Source of the DNA: an uncultured delta proteobacterium
GTDB taxonomy: Bacteria; Bdellovibrionota; FAC87; UBA2466
Assembly (NCBI GenBank): GCA_963778115.1
Contig: CAVZSV010000004.1
Coordinates: 1,184,001 to 1,248,000, forward strand
Length of the DNA: 64,000 nucleotides
Reading direction: 5' to 3'
The position numbers and the translations under genes are program-made. Below the pieces are notes generated by a model. It was given only the letters and a program-made list of their open reading frames with translations. It had not been told where the DNA came from and did no database searches. How positions within the stretch are numbered: the stretch's first letter is position 1; every line of letters begins with the position of its first letter. Of this stretch, positions 50,211 to 60,800 are shown piece after piece.

Positions 50211-50855
50211 ATGAAAATCGGAATGAACGCTCTGTGGTTCACTTTGCTCACAACTGCCTTTCTTACGGTAGGTTCACCTAAAGCGTTTGGTTTAGTCCGG
50301 CTGGGAGTAGATGGCGGAGTGAGTTTAGCGACTCTTTCTTATGGCACATCGACGGGAGTAGCGGTTACCTCCCCTTACGGAACTCGAACTGGCCTAATGG
50401 CTGGCGGAATCCTGGAATGGGGATTTAATGACTATGTCTCTCTGCAACTGGAAGGCAACTACATCCAAAAGGGCGCGACCGTTCCGAATGTCAGCAACGG
50501 AGTCACTCTAATCACCTCCCAGTATGACTATTTCGAAGTTCCTCTTTTTCTGAAATTTACGGCCGATTTACCTCTCATTAAGCCTTTCATAGCGGCAGGT
50601 CCGTATTTAGCTTTCTCGGTCAACGCGCAAACTTCGAACTCCAGTACCGGCTTAAGCACCCCGCTCACCAATTATTCCTCTACCGATTTTGGAGTAAGCG
50701 GAATGGTCGGCGCGGAATTCGCTCTGACTCCGGTCATCTCCTTTTTAGTCGACTTGCGTTATGACCTGGGATTCACCGACCTAGATTCCACGGCCATTAC
50801 GACGATACGATCGCGTTCCTTCATCATCGCGGGTGGCCTTTTAATCGGAATTTAA
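50211..50855 (+). CDS. Outer-membrane beta-barrel (OMP_b-brl_2/porin-family) protein
   Basis: Signal peptide; LQLEGNYIQKG, YFEVPLFLK, GPY, DFG, DLRYDLG. Confidence 0.85.
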   Translation: MKIGMNALWFTLLTTAFLTVGSPKAFGLVRLGVDGGVSLATLSYGTSTGVAVTSPYGTRTGLMAGGILEWGFNDYVSLQLEGNYIQKGATVPNVSNGVTLITSQYDYFEVPLFLKFTADLPLIKPFIAAGPYLAFSVNAQTSNSSTGLSTPLTNYSSTDFGVSGMVGAEFALTPVISFLVDLRYDLGFTDLDSTAITTIRSRSFIIAGGLLIGI

Positions 50856-50899
50856 CGGCTTAAGTTCAATAAGTTAGACGACCCGCTCTGACTATCTCA

Positions 50900-50928
50900 T
50901 TGAGACTTGCAATGCATTGCATTATAAT
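50900..50928 (+). promoter_or_regulatory. Sigma70 promoter with palindromic spacer
   Basis: TTGAGA-N17-TATAAT; spacer contains the perfect palindrome TGCAATGCATTGCA (50908-50921). Confidence 0.7.
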
Positions 50929-50955
50929 GATCCGGGACTTTAACCGGGAGCCGTT

Positions 50956-51384
50956 GTGGATTCAGCTGTCGATAATAGTAAAAAGAAGTATCACGTAGAC
51001 CAAGGCAACACACTAGCGCCTATGGTGCTTATCGTCAGTGACAAACCTGAGATTCAACGCCGGACCGAAGTCACTTGCCGAGCGCTCCCCGAATCTATTG
51101 CCTTATCCATTGCCTGTGTTTCTAGTTTAGCGCAGATGAGAGAGCTTGTGGAAAGCGGGAATGTGCTAGTGGTCTATCTCGACGAAAACTTACTCGCCGA
51201 AGAACCGGCAAGCCAGACCGAATACCTTTTTCCAAAGCATCCTTTTATCCAAACGATTGCGTGGAATCCTAATCTCGAAGTGTTGTCGACGACGACTCTT
51301 GCGAGAAGCCTCAAGATAGCTTCTTTGACTAACGAACAGAGGAAACGCTGGCAGCTAGCTCGCAACACGGGAATGTGGCACTAG
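50956..51384 (+). CDS. Degenerate receiver-like domain protein
   Basis: VLIVSD and VLVVYLDENL resemble REC beta1 and beta3; GGGAG RBS. Confidence 0.5.
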   Translation: MDSAVDNSKKKYHVDQGNTLAPMVLIVSDKPEIQRRTEVTCRALPESIALSIACVSSLAQMRELVESGNVLVVYLDENLLAEEPASQTEYLFPKHPFIQTIAWNPNLEVLSTTTLARSLKIASLTNEQRKRWQLARNTGMWH

Positions 51385-51394
51385 CGAAAGAATT

Positions 51395-51423
51395 CCCTCG
51401 CGGCAAGAAATCTACCGCGAGGG
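51395..51423. terminator. Hairpin between convergent genes, possible terminator
   Basis: CCCTCGCGG-N11-CCGCGAGGG; no clear U-tract. Confidence 0.5.
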
Positions 51424-51430
51424 TTATCTC

Positions 51431-53539
51431 TTAGCCATTGTCCGGGGGAACGTTGTAATAGAGCAATACTTTCTCCGCTATCTCTTTAAAGACCGGAGCT
51501 GCGTGACTCGAACCATGAGCCTGGTGATTTTTATTATCCTTGGGGTTCATCACTCCCACGTAGGCCACGAGTCTGGGATTGTCCAACGGAGCAAATCCTA
51601 CGAATCCAGCCATCTGAGATTCTCCGGGGTTCTGATCATGATCGGGGAAATCCGGACTGTAGGCCGTGCTCGTTTTTCCCGCCAGACGATACAACGAACG
51701 CTTAATGCTGGAAGCCGTACCCCGAACCGTCACTTGTCCTAGGATACGTTTCATCTCATCCGCTGCCTGCGGAGTAATCACCTGCCGAATGATTTGTATC
51801 GACGAGGTGGGGGCATCGTTCGAAAGCGGACGCATCAGCTTGCCCCCGTTTGCAATAGCGCCGAAAGCTTGCACCACTTCCAGGGGACTCATGTGAATTC
51901 CCCCAAAGCCCACCCCAACGGTAGCAGTAAAAAAATCGGGTGAAGTTGTGGTCGTGGACAAGAAGGTCCCCGCTCGGCTTTCGGGAAAATCCGCCGTGGT
52001 TCCGTCCGGCCCGATTCCAAAGTCAGAAAGTGCCTGCACCAACCCCTCGAATCCTAACTTTTGAGCCACTTTGATTCCACAAATGTTGCTAGACATGATC
52101 ACCGTATCGGCGGTGGAGAGTCTATCAAAGGGCTTCCAGTCACCGAAGTCGTGTCCTTCGATTCGATAATGGCCATTCTCACAGTTAAACATCTCGTTGG
52201 GAGTTGTCTTTCCGTGAGAAAGCGCAGCGGCTGCCACAAGCGCCTTCATGGTGGAGGCAGGCTCCACGCGCAAGGAGAGGGCCCAATGCGGCGAGGAAAA
52301 TTTGGTATTTAGCCTTTGCCGATTGGCCACAGCTAAAATCTTTCCCGTCCGCGGATCTCCCACTACCGCAAAGACCATATCGGCTTGATACCTATCCAGA
52401 GCGGCTTCCACCGCGTTGTCGGCGATCTCCTCGATAGTCTCATCAACTACGATTTGGCCTGAATTCGGCTGACCGTCATCTTGCCGCATCACCTCTTGGG
52501 CTCCATACGCCAACAAGAACGATACGGTTCCCATGAGTAAACCTAGAGCCACCTTCCAGCGCCATGGTGGCCGAACTGCTTTGGGTTGAAATAACATTTC
52601 GATTCTCCTTCTAAGGAACGATTTGAAGTGGCGAGTGTTGTGAGAAGGAGACGACATGCACGCGGCGCCCACGTGCCGTCGCCCATCCCAGAGAGCGGCT
52701 TCCGCCACTTTTAATAAGCAGCTCCCGTATTCATGCGAGCTAATGCCTCGTCGGCCGATGAGAGCATCGTCACAAGAAAGTTCTTGAAGTTCGGTAATCG
52801 TATTTCGCCATCGATAAATGAAAGGATTCAGGAAAAATAAAATTTCAAAAAATTCAATTGCCAGAACCCAACGCGTGTCCCCCTGGCGGTGGTGTTGCAG
52901 CTCATGCTGAATGGCTATTTGAAAATCGCGCGGCAAAGCGACAAGTGAACTGGGAATTACCGCCCAGAATCGCCGCCAGGTTCGAGTAGAAAAGGGAACG
53001 GTACTTTCGTCGGATACTGCAACCACGACTCCTCGAACGGATTTAAGTTGCGTTGACTCTGATAGCAATCTTCTAAGGTCAAGATACCTTAGCAGGAAGC
53101 GGCAGGAGCAAAACACGATTCCCAATCCTAGAAAAATAACAACCGCATATTTCCAGGGCCACGCTTTAACCGACTTAATCCATTTGCTATAAAAAGCAGC
53201 ATCGCTATTAATTCTACCGACTATAGGGACCGAGGTTGGAACGACCAATTGGGAGAGCGATGCTGAGTGTTTGAGAATCTTTCCCGAAAACTCGGCCAAA
53301 GGCTGTCGGATCTGTAGCGGCATTTTCGGAACCTGCCGGGAGGGCAAGATCGCAAAAGAGACGCTCAAAATCATTCCCAGCGTGAGAGTCGTTTGGGCGG
53401 TTCTTAGCCAAACAATTGCCGGCAGACGGAACTTTCCTTTTTCCAGTCCGATGCGAATCGCTTGAAAGGCGACAAACGAGAGGGCTAGGAAAGCGTTTAC
53501 TTCCAAACCTACTTTTAGAAAGAACTCGATTCCGCTCAC
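51431..53539 (-). CDS. BlaR1/MecR1-like M56 peptidase fused to a penicillin-binding transpeptidase domain
   Basis: HELQH and ELSCD (M56); EPASTMK (SxxK), SSN, AGKTST. Confidence 0.9.
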   Translation of the reverse strand: MSGIEFFLKVGLEVNAFLALSFVAFQAIRIGLEKGKFRLPAIVWLRTAQTTLTLGMILSVSFAILPSRQVPKMPLQIRQPLAEFSGKILKHSASLSQLVVPTSVPIVGRINSDAAFYSKWIKSVKAWPWKYAVVIFLGLGIVFCSCRFLLRYLDLRRLLSESTQLKSVRGVVVAVSDESTVPFSTRTWRRFWAVIPSSLVALPRDFQIAIQHELQHHRQGDTRWVLAIEFFEILFFLNPFIYRWRNTITELQELSCDDALIGRRGISSHEYGSCLLKVAEAALWDGRRHVGAACMSSPSHNTRHFKSFLRRRIEMLFQPKAVRPPWRWKVALGLLMGTVSFLLAYGAQEVMRQDDGQPNSGQIVVDETIEEIADNAVEAALDRYQADMVFAVVGDPRTGKILAVANRQRLNTKFSSPHWALSLRVEPASTMKALVAAAALSHGKTTPNEMFNCENGHYRIEGHDFGDWKPFDRLSTADTVIMSSNICGIKVAQKLGFEGLVQALSDFGIGPDGTTADFPESRAGTFLSTTTTSPDFFTATVGVGFGGIHMSPLEVVQAFGAIANGGKLMRPLSNDAPTSSIQIIRQVITPQAADEMKRILGQVTVRGTASSIKRSLYRLAGKTSTAYSPDFPDHDQNPGESQMAGFVGFAPLDNPRLVAYVGVMNPKDNKNHQAHGSSHAAPVFKEIAEKVLLYYNVPPDNG

Positions 53540-53952
53540 GGATTTAGCCTTTCGTTGAGCAATGCGCGAATAGACTCCAACTCGGTTTTAGAAATTTCGG
53601 ACTCTTCCAGAAGGCGCATCACCATTGAGGATGGACTTCCCTGAAACACTTTCTCCGCCAAGTGTTTCAGGCTCTTCCCTTCATAGTCGGATCGAGCGAC
53701 ACAGGGGCGGTAGGTGTGCGCTTTATCGAGCCTCTCGCTCTTGAGAAAGCCTTTCTCCTCTAAGATCTTCATCATCGTGGCAACTGAGGTGTAAGCCAGC
53801 GGCCTTTCTTTCGGCAGCGCATTCTGTACGTCCTTAACGGTACAGGACTCGAAACTCCAGACGAGATTCATAATCTCAAGTTCGAGTTCGGTGAGAAGTT
53901 TTTCGTTTTTGACACCTCTGCTGGTTTTTTTTTCTGTCTTATTTTTCATCAT
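53536..53952 (-). CDS. BlaI/MecI/CopY family repressor
   Basis: LTELELEIMNLVW, LAYTSVATMMKILEEKGFL, HTYRP, FQGS. Confidence 0.93.
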   Translation of the reverse strand: MMKNKTEKKTSRGVKNEKLLTELELEIMNLVWSFESCTVKDVQNALPKERPLAYTSVATMMKILEEKGFLKSERLDKAHTYRPCVARSDYEGKSLKHLAEKVFQGSPSSMVMRLLEESEISKTELESIRALLNERLNP

Positions 53953-53962
53953 AGGTTTAGTT

Positions 53963-54002
53963 TACTAAAGTTTTAGTAGATGTCTACTAAATATTTAGTA
54001 GA
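53963..54002. promoter_or_regulatory. Tandem operator palindromes for the BlaI-family repressor
   Basis: TACTAAA-GT-TTTAGTA (53963-53978) and perfect TCTACTAAATATTTAGTAGA (53983-54002), immediately upstream of the repressor ATG. Confidence 0.85.
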
Positions 54003-54121
54003 TAAACGACTCTCCCTGTGAGAATACTAAGTGCCCCTCAAGAAATCCCGCGGACCAACGCACCCGGTCTTGCGCAAAGCATCACCCCCACCTACTCTCG
54101 CGTTTTAGATCGGGGGCTGTC

Positions 54122-54703
54122 ATGACAAGGATCTCTCTACTAGCTGTTGGATTAACGCTATTAACTTCAGTCGCACAAAGCGGTGCCATTCCCCCTAACC
54201 TTTACGTTAGCCGTGTTCAGGAGTTTTCGACTCAGACACAAAAAACCACCTTAGAAGCTCTCAACCAAGCGCTACCGCTGGTCGGAAATTGCTATATTTC
54301 GGATCGTATCTATGGAGGACAACAACCTCCCGTTCAAGAATGGCTTCAATACAGCAATGCGATCGAGAGTACGGGAGCTACTGGAATTCGATGGTACGCT
54401 TCCGTTGGGGTTGATGAATATGTGAACAAACCGTTGTCCTTTATCCGGGAGGTCAACGAAGATAAAGCCAGTTTCGGCCCCCTTCTCATTACCGAAGAGG
54501 GAGACCTGGGTTACGTAGATACCAATCTAGACATCGACCAAACCACGGTACGTATCCGCCAGAACACACAAAACAGCCATTGGATGCTTTGGTATCAACA
54601 CCGCACCAAAGGGCCCGTACAAGAGCTATATCAGGCCCAGTACCAAATCCAGCATGTGCAAGACTACCTCTGCGAGTATGACGCGCAGCCGGTCTCTCCC
54701 TGA
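54122..54703 (+). CDS. Exported hypothetical protein, divergent from the blaI-like gene
   Basis: Signal peptide; two Cys; no known motif. Confidence 0.7.
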   Translation: MTRISLLAVGLTLLTSVAQSGAIPPNLYVSRVQEFSTQTQKTTLEALNQALPLVGNCYISDRIYGGQQPPVQEWLQYSNAIESTGATGIRWYASVGVDEYVNKPLSFIREVNEDKASFGPLLITEEGDLGYVDTNLDIDQTTVRIRQNTQNSHWMLWYQHRTKGPVQELYQAQYQIQHVQDYLCEYDAQPVSP

Positions 54704-54709
54704 TTGAAG

Positions 54710-54870
54710 TTAACAATTGTGAAGTTATCCTCATCTTCGTAGAAAAAGAATTCCACCTACTCCATCAATTTTTTACCTTTTTCGATTAGCCTTAATTCAG
54801 ACGACAGTTTGGCCTCGGAAGGATCGTACCTAAACAAATGGATCCTGCCTTCCGATTAACATTTGTGAAG
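54710..54870. promoter_or_regulatory. Two copies of the pseudo-palindrome TTAACAWTTGTGAAG
   Basis: 54710-54724 and 54856-54870, 14 of 15 nt identical, upstream of the HTH-DUF1232/RND genes. Confidence 0.6.
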
Positions 54871-54901
54871 AACGCCCGCGGGCTAAACCAGGACTAAAAA
54901 A

Positions 54902-55480
54902 ATGCCAATTCGAACCGTAGCTCATTTAAAGAAGTTTCTCGACGAAACCACTTGGTCGCCTGAACGCCTTTCCAAAGAAGCAAACATCTCAGGCATGACC
55001 ATTCGACGTTGGCTTCGCTGTCCCTCCAACACCGAAATTGCCGCCAAGCATCATGCCAATTTGGATCGGGTGAGTGGGTTGGAAACCCTACTTCCCCCTT
55101 CGTTTTCTATTCCTGGTCTCGATTCAGGATCCTCCTTCCAGGAGCTTCTGGAACAGATCGAAAAAGACGGTAAGAGCTATACGGATCTGAAAAAGCTGGA
55201 AGACGATACGAAAGTTAAGTTTAAGGATAAGAACGTCGGCAAAGAACTTCGCGAGCAGGTCAAACTGGTTTTGAAGAGTGCCGTCTCCAAGAAACTCCCC
55301 CTCAAGTACAAAGCACTTGCGGTAGGTGCCATTCTTTATTTTATCAACCCGTTCGATCTTATTCCGGACAGCATTCCTGTCGTGGGATATCTCGATGATT
55401 TTGCGGTTTTGACACTCGTTTCAGGCATCATTCTAAAATACTACAAGACACATCCGGATGATTCACCCACAGCAAGCTAG
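54902..55480 (+). CDS. HTH + DUF1232 (YkvA) fusion protein
   Basis: WSPERLSKEANISGMTIRRW HTH; AILYFINPFDLIPDSIPVVGYLDD. Confidence 0.85.
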   Translation: MPIRTVAHLKKFLDETTWSPERLSKEANISGMTIRRWLRCPSNTEIAAKHHANLDRVSGLETLLPPSFSIPGLDSGSSFQELLEQIEKDGKSYTDLKKLEDDTKVKFKDKNVGKELREQVKLVLKSAVSKKLPLKYKALAVGAILYFINPFDLIPDSIPVVGYLDDFAVLTLVSGIILKYYKTHPDDSPTAS

Positions 55481-55516
55481 AGAACTTTTGGATTACCTAA
55501 GCTCACAGAGGGCTTT

Positions 55517-56782
55517 ATGGGATTGGTACAAAAAACATTCTTGCACTTCACTCTGCTTGTCCCTGCTTTTTTGGGCTATGCCACTTTTGCCGACACCCTA
55601 TCCGTAAAGCAGGCGATCGAACTTGCTCAAAGTAAGAATCCCGATATTCGATCGCTCGAACACCAACTGGAATCTTCCGAAGCTAAAACCCGACAAGCAT
55701 TGGCGCCGTCAGAGCCCTCTTTGCAAATTAACTACAACGACATGCCTTCGTTAACAAATCCTCGCCAAGCAGCAAGCACCGTTTACGAAATTACTCAGCC
55801 CATCGCATTTCCCGGAAAAGCATTTGTCAGCCAATCAGCACTTAGAAATCAATCCAAAGCCGTGTTTCACCAATTGCGTTCGAAACGACTGGCGGTGTCT
55901 GTCGCGGTGAGAACAGCCTACTACAATCTGGCACTGGCAAGAAAAAATATAGATCTCAACCTAGATCAAAAGCGATCGTACGAACAAATTCTCGCTGTCG
56001 CCAAACGAAGATATGAGGCGGGAAGTATTACCCAGGTGGATCTAATGATCGCCCAAAGTTCGATTTACTCAAATGCTAATGATCTCACCGATCTTAAAGC
56101 CGGTGAGAGAACGACCTTATCCCAACTAAACCTACTTTTGGGAAATCCTGCGTTTCAGCAGCTAGACATCGATGCCTTGCAGATGCCCCAGCTTAAACCC
56201 TTTGATCGTGAAGAAGCGATAAAGCAGATGGTTTCCAACCAGCCAGAAATTCAGACTGCTACTTATCAGGAGAAAGCCGCCGAGAATAGTTTGACGTCCG
56301 CCTATATGAGTCTGCTTCCGGATTTTCAGATCTTTGGCGGCGTATCCTACTACAATGTTCCAGGAGCCACTCCGGTCAGCGGTATCAATCAAACTTATAT
56401 GGCGGGAATTCAACTTACGATTCCGATTTGGGCTTTCTTCGATCAGCGGGAAGGGATCACCTCAGCCGTGCATGACAAAGCAACGGCCGAAGCCGCCTTG
56501 GACTCTCAACTCCTACAATCAAAGACCGCGATGGAAAGCACGCTTCAATCGCTAACGGCGTTTGAAACCAAACTCAAAAATTACCACGAACACTTAATTC
56601 CCTTAGCCGATCAAACGCTCAACCTAGCCCTTACCAACTACAGTGCCGGAAAGATCGATTTCCAAGCCCTTAGTGATGCGGCATCAGCGTGGCGTACGAC
56701 GAAAACCGCCTACTACTCCATGGTCGTAAACTATCTCACTACCTATTACTCGGTAGGGCAACTTACCGGAGAAGAATTATGA
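55517..56782 (+). CDS. TolC/CzcC family outer-membrane efflux protein
   Basis: LSVKQAIELA..NPDI, AKRRYEAG, NYSAGKIDF; first of the RND trio. Confidence 0.9.
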   Translation: MGLVQKTFLHFTLLVPAFLGYATFADTLSVKQAIELAQSKNPDIRSLEHQLESSEAKTRQALAPSEPSLQINYNDMPSLTNPRQAASTVYEITQPIAFPGKAFVSQSALRNQSKAVFHQLRSKRLAVSVAVRTAYYNLALARKNIDLNLDQKRSYEQILAVAKRRYEAGSITQVDLMIAQSSIYSNANDLTDLKAGERTTLSQLNLLLGNPAFQQLDIDALQMPQLKPFDREEAIKQMVSNQPEIQTATYQEKAAENSLTSAYMSLLPDFQIFGGVSYYNVPGATPVSGINQTYMAGIQLTIPIWAFFDQREGITSAVHDKATAEAALDSQLLQSKTAMESTLQSLTAFETKLKNYHEHLIPLADQTLNLALTNYSAGKIDFQALSDAASAWRTTKTAYYSMVVNYLTTYYSVGQLTGEEL

Positions 56783-57852
56783 TGAAGCCCTTTCGCACAG
56801 TAGCGATCCTCCTCTTTCCTTTGGCAATGCTCTCTTGTACCAAACAAGCGGTAAAGGAAGTGAGCCTCGTCGAAAGAGTCAATGACTCCTCACTTAAGGT
56901 TCAGCCCGAAGCGATGAAGAACTTGACCGTAGGGAAGGCCGAGATGAGAGAGCTTCCCGAACGGATGGATCTTATGGGGCGCATAAGCGTCACCGAGGAT
57001 CGTACCACGGTAGTTCCCGCTCGCGTCGGAGGGCGCACCGAAGCCATTTTCCTCGCTTCGGGAGAGACGGTGAAAAAGGGGCAGAAGATGGCAAGCCTCT
57101 TTAGCCCCGATTTTATCTCCGCCAGAGAAGAGTATTTACAGTCGTTAAAGCAAGCTCGCTTCGTTTCCACTGACGGCGAGAACACCGACTTCGGTACCTT
57201 TTCTCAACTCGCCCGAAAAAAGCTTGAGACCATGGGACTTTCCAAACACGATATCGACAATCTTTCGGCCGAAGGAGCACAGGAAAAAAATTTCATTGTC
57301 CGCTCACCTCGAGACGGCGTCATTATCGCCAAGGGAGCCATGCTAGGAAATTTAGTCAACGTAGGAGACAACCTTTTCACCGTTGCCGATATCAGCAAGG
57401 TCTGGTTTTCGGGCGATCTGTACTCAGAGGACCTCCCCCGAGTCCACTTGGACCAAGAGGTGACCATCGACGGAATTCCGGGGGGAGAGCCTATCCACGG
57501 AAAGATCTCTTTTATTAGCCCCGTCGTGGATCCGACCGCTAGAACCATCAAAATACGAGCGCTCATGGACAATGAAAACGAATTGCTTAGAGCCGACATG
57601 TACGTTCATGGCGGTATCATCCTGAGCCGAAAGCAAGCGCTGGTTATCCCCACCACTTCTATTATCCGAAGCGGAACAAACGAATTCGTCTATAAGCGCA
57701 CCGCGAACAACGTCTTAAGCAGAGTCCCGGTCAAAACCAAAGAAGAGTTTCAAAACCTTACCGCCATCGAAAGCGGCATCAATGCCGGAGACGACATCGT
57801 TACCGACGGAGGACTCTTTTTGGAGGCGGCGCTCAACTCTGCCGGGAATTAA
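56779..57852 (+). CDS. RND periplasmic adaptor (CzcB/CusB-like), probable lipoprotein
   Basis: ATGA overlap with the tolC stop; MLSC lipobox; VRSPRDGVI, VDPTARTIKIR. Confidence 0.9.
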   Translation: MMKPFRTVAILLFPLAMLSCTKQAVKEVSLVERVNDSSLKVQPEAMKNLTVGKAEMRELPERMDLMGRISVTEDRTTVVPARVGGRTEAIFLASGETVKKGQKMASLFSPDFISAREEYLQSLKQARFVSTDGENTDFGTFSQLARKKLETMGLSKHDIDNLSAEGAQEKNFIVRSPRDGVIIAKGAMLGNLVNVGDNLFTVADISKVWFSGDLYSEDLPRVHLDQEVTIDGIPGGEPIHGKISFISPVVDPTARTIKIRALMDNENELLRADMYVHGGIILSRKQALVIPTTSIIRSGTNEFVYKRTANNVLSRVPVKTKEEFQNLTAIESGINAGDDIVTDGGLFLEAALNSAGN

Positions 57853-57855
57853 ACC

Positions 57856-60800
57856 ATGATTCACAAGATCATTGCCTTCTCCCTAGCAAACCGCGCTTTG
57901 GTCATCTGCTTTACGATCGCTTTGTTCATCGGCGGTGTCATTGCCTATAAGAATCTTCCTATCGAAGCCTATCCCGATATCGCTGACACCCAGGTCCAGG
58001 TGATTTCACAATGGCCCGGACACGCCGCTGAGGAACTCGAACGCCAGATTACCGTCCCACTGGAGATTGCTCTTAACTCGACCCCTCACCATACTCATTT
58101 GAGATCCCTCTCCCTACCCGGTCTGTCGGTTATCACACTTATCTTCGATGAAAACACGAACTCCTTCGTCGCACGTCAGAGCGTTCTTGAAAAATTGCAG
58201 CAGGTCACCCTACCCGCCAACGTGCAGCCCACCATGGCTCCAGACTCTAGTCCCGTAGGACAACTCTACTGGTATGTGCTCGACTCAAAAACGCGAACCC
58301 CGATGGAACTGAAAGAGATTGAGGATTGGGAATTAGAAAAGCGCTGGAAAGAGGTCCCCGGAATTGCCGACGTCTCGAGTTTTGGCGGCATGGTCAAGCA
58401 ATACCAAGTGCTCATTAACCCCACCGCACTTGGAAACTTTGGGCTTGCGACCTCCAATGTCGTTCAGGCTATTGCCTCCAATAATCAAAATTCAGGTGGC
58501 GGCTTTCTCGCCCGAGGCCTTCAGTCGTACAACATCCGCGGAGTAGGAAAAGCAAACAGCATCACCGATCTTGAAAAGATCGTGGTCACCGCCAAGAATG
58601 GAACTCCTATCAGAGTGGGGAACTTGGGAAATGTGGTGATCGGAGAACAACCCCGGTTAGGCGCAATATCAATGGCAGAGCGCGAACCCGACGGGACCAT
58701 CGATGACAGGGACGAAGTTGTCGAAGGCGTCGTGCTCTCCAGGACCGGCGAGATAGACCAACAGGTGCTAGATCGCATTCACGAAAAGAAAGAAGACATT
58801 GAAAAAAACTTTCTTCCCCGCGACGTTAGGATAAAGCCCTATTTGGACCGCTCCGATCTTATCCGCCTCACTTCCGAAACGGTGCAAGAGAATATGGTGA
58901 CCGGAATGCTTCTGGTCTCAGTCATATTACTATTCTTCTTAGGTAATATGAGAAGTGCTCTCATCGTCGCCGCAACGATTCCTTTATCGCTACTTTTCGC
59001 ATCCATCCTACTCGATGTAAGAAAGATTCCTGCGAATCTGTTGTCCTTAGGAGCCCTCGATTTTGGAATGATCGTGGACGGGGCCGTTGTCATGGTCGAA
59101 AACATTTTTAGACACCGTCGAGAAAAACAGGAATCGGGGCAGTCAGTACAAATGTTATCCCTCATTCTTGAAGCCGCAGCTGAAGTCGAGCGGCCCATTG
59201 TCTACGCCATTGCGATTATTATTCTAGCCTACTTGCCAGTATTTACCCTCCAACGCATTGAAGGACGTCTTTTTTCGCCACTGGCTTGGACGATTGCCTT
59301 TGCACTTTTGGGTTCGCTGGTATTGGTCCTCACGGTAACTCCGGTTCTTTGTTTCTATTTCCTGAAAGGGGATCTCAAAGAGTGGCACAACCCCATATTG
59401 AAAGTGGTACAGGATCGATACCGCCTGGGATTAGACTGGGCGCTCGACAATAAAGCAAAAGTGATTGGCGTTGCCGTCGTGAGCTTCATAGCAAGCCTTT
59501 ATCTTGCCCTTGGAGGTCCCATCGGATCGGAATTTTTGCCTCATCTCGACGAAGGTGCCATATGGCTTAGAGGTACCTTACCCCCCAGCACTTCACACGC
59601 CACCGCTAAAGAGTTCGTAAAGAAAATAAGAGCCATCATAATGGAATTCACCGAAGTTCCCATCACCGTTTGCCAGATTGGCAGACCCGATGACGGCACT
59701 GATGCCACCGGATTTTTCAATACCGAATGCTTTGTAAATCTTAAGCCTCGAAAGCAATGGCGCCCGCAATTCCATACTAAAGAAGACCTTATCACTGCCA
59801 TGAATAACGAACTTCAAAAGATTCCGGGAGTCATATGGAATTTCTCCCAGCCTATTTCTGACAACGTCGAAGAAGCGATGTCCGGAGTTAAAGGGGAACT
59901 CGTCGTTAAGGTTTTCGGAGAGGATCTTAAAACCCTCTCAGATAAGGCCCATGAGATTAAAACCGTCATGTCAGGGGTGAAAGGGATAGAAGATTTAGGC
60001 GTCTTTGATGTTCTGGGGCAGCCCAATATCGATATCGAGGTCAATCGAGACACCATTTCACGCTACGGACTTAATGTGTCTGATGTTCAAGATGTCATAG
60101 AGACCGCTGTCGGAGGAAAGACGGCGTCCCAGATGGTAGAAGGCGAAAAGAGTTTTGATATCGTGGTTCGCTACCAACCGCAGTTTAGAAACCAAATCGA
60201 TCAGATCCGCCGCATCACCGTGGCCACTCCCGACGGTTACCGCATTCCCTTGGATGAACTGGCTTCTTTTAAGATCACCGACGGAGCTTCAATGATCTAT
60301 CGGGAAAACAACGGGCGTTATATCGCCGTAAAATTCAGTGTCAGAGGCAGAGACTTGGCTAGTTCCATCGCCGAAGCACAAAAACAGGTAGCAAGAAAAA
60401 TTCAACTTCCTCCGCGCTATCGATTGGACTGGAGTGGCGAGTTTGAAAGTGAACAGCGCGCCGAAGCCAGACTTGCCATCGTGATTCCTTTAACGGTACT
60501 TGCGATCTATTTTGTTCTTTATCTGATGTTCCAGTCGGCGGCATGGGCCTTTATCCTTATGGCTTGCGTGATCACCGCTCGCATCGGCGGTGTTTTAGCC
60601 CTTTGGATTACGGGAACTAACTTCAGCGTCTCTTCGGGAATCGGATTTCTTGCCGTGTTTGGAGTTTCCATCCAAACCGGAGTTATTTTAGTCTCTTGTG
60701 TGGATCAACTTCGAAAGTCAGGGATGCCACTTCGAGACGCCATCCTTCAAGGGTGCGTCAAGCGAGTCCGCCCTATCCTCATGACGGCCCTGGTCGCCAC

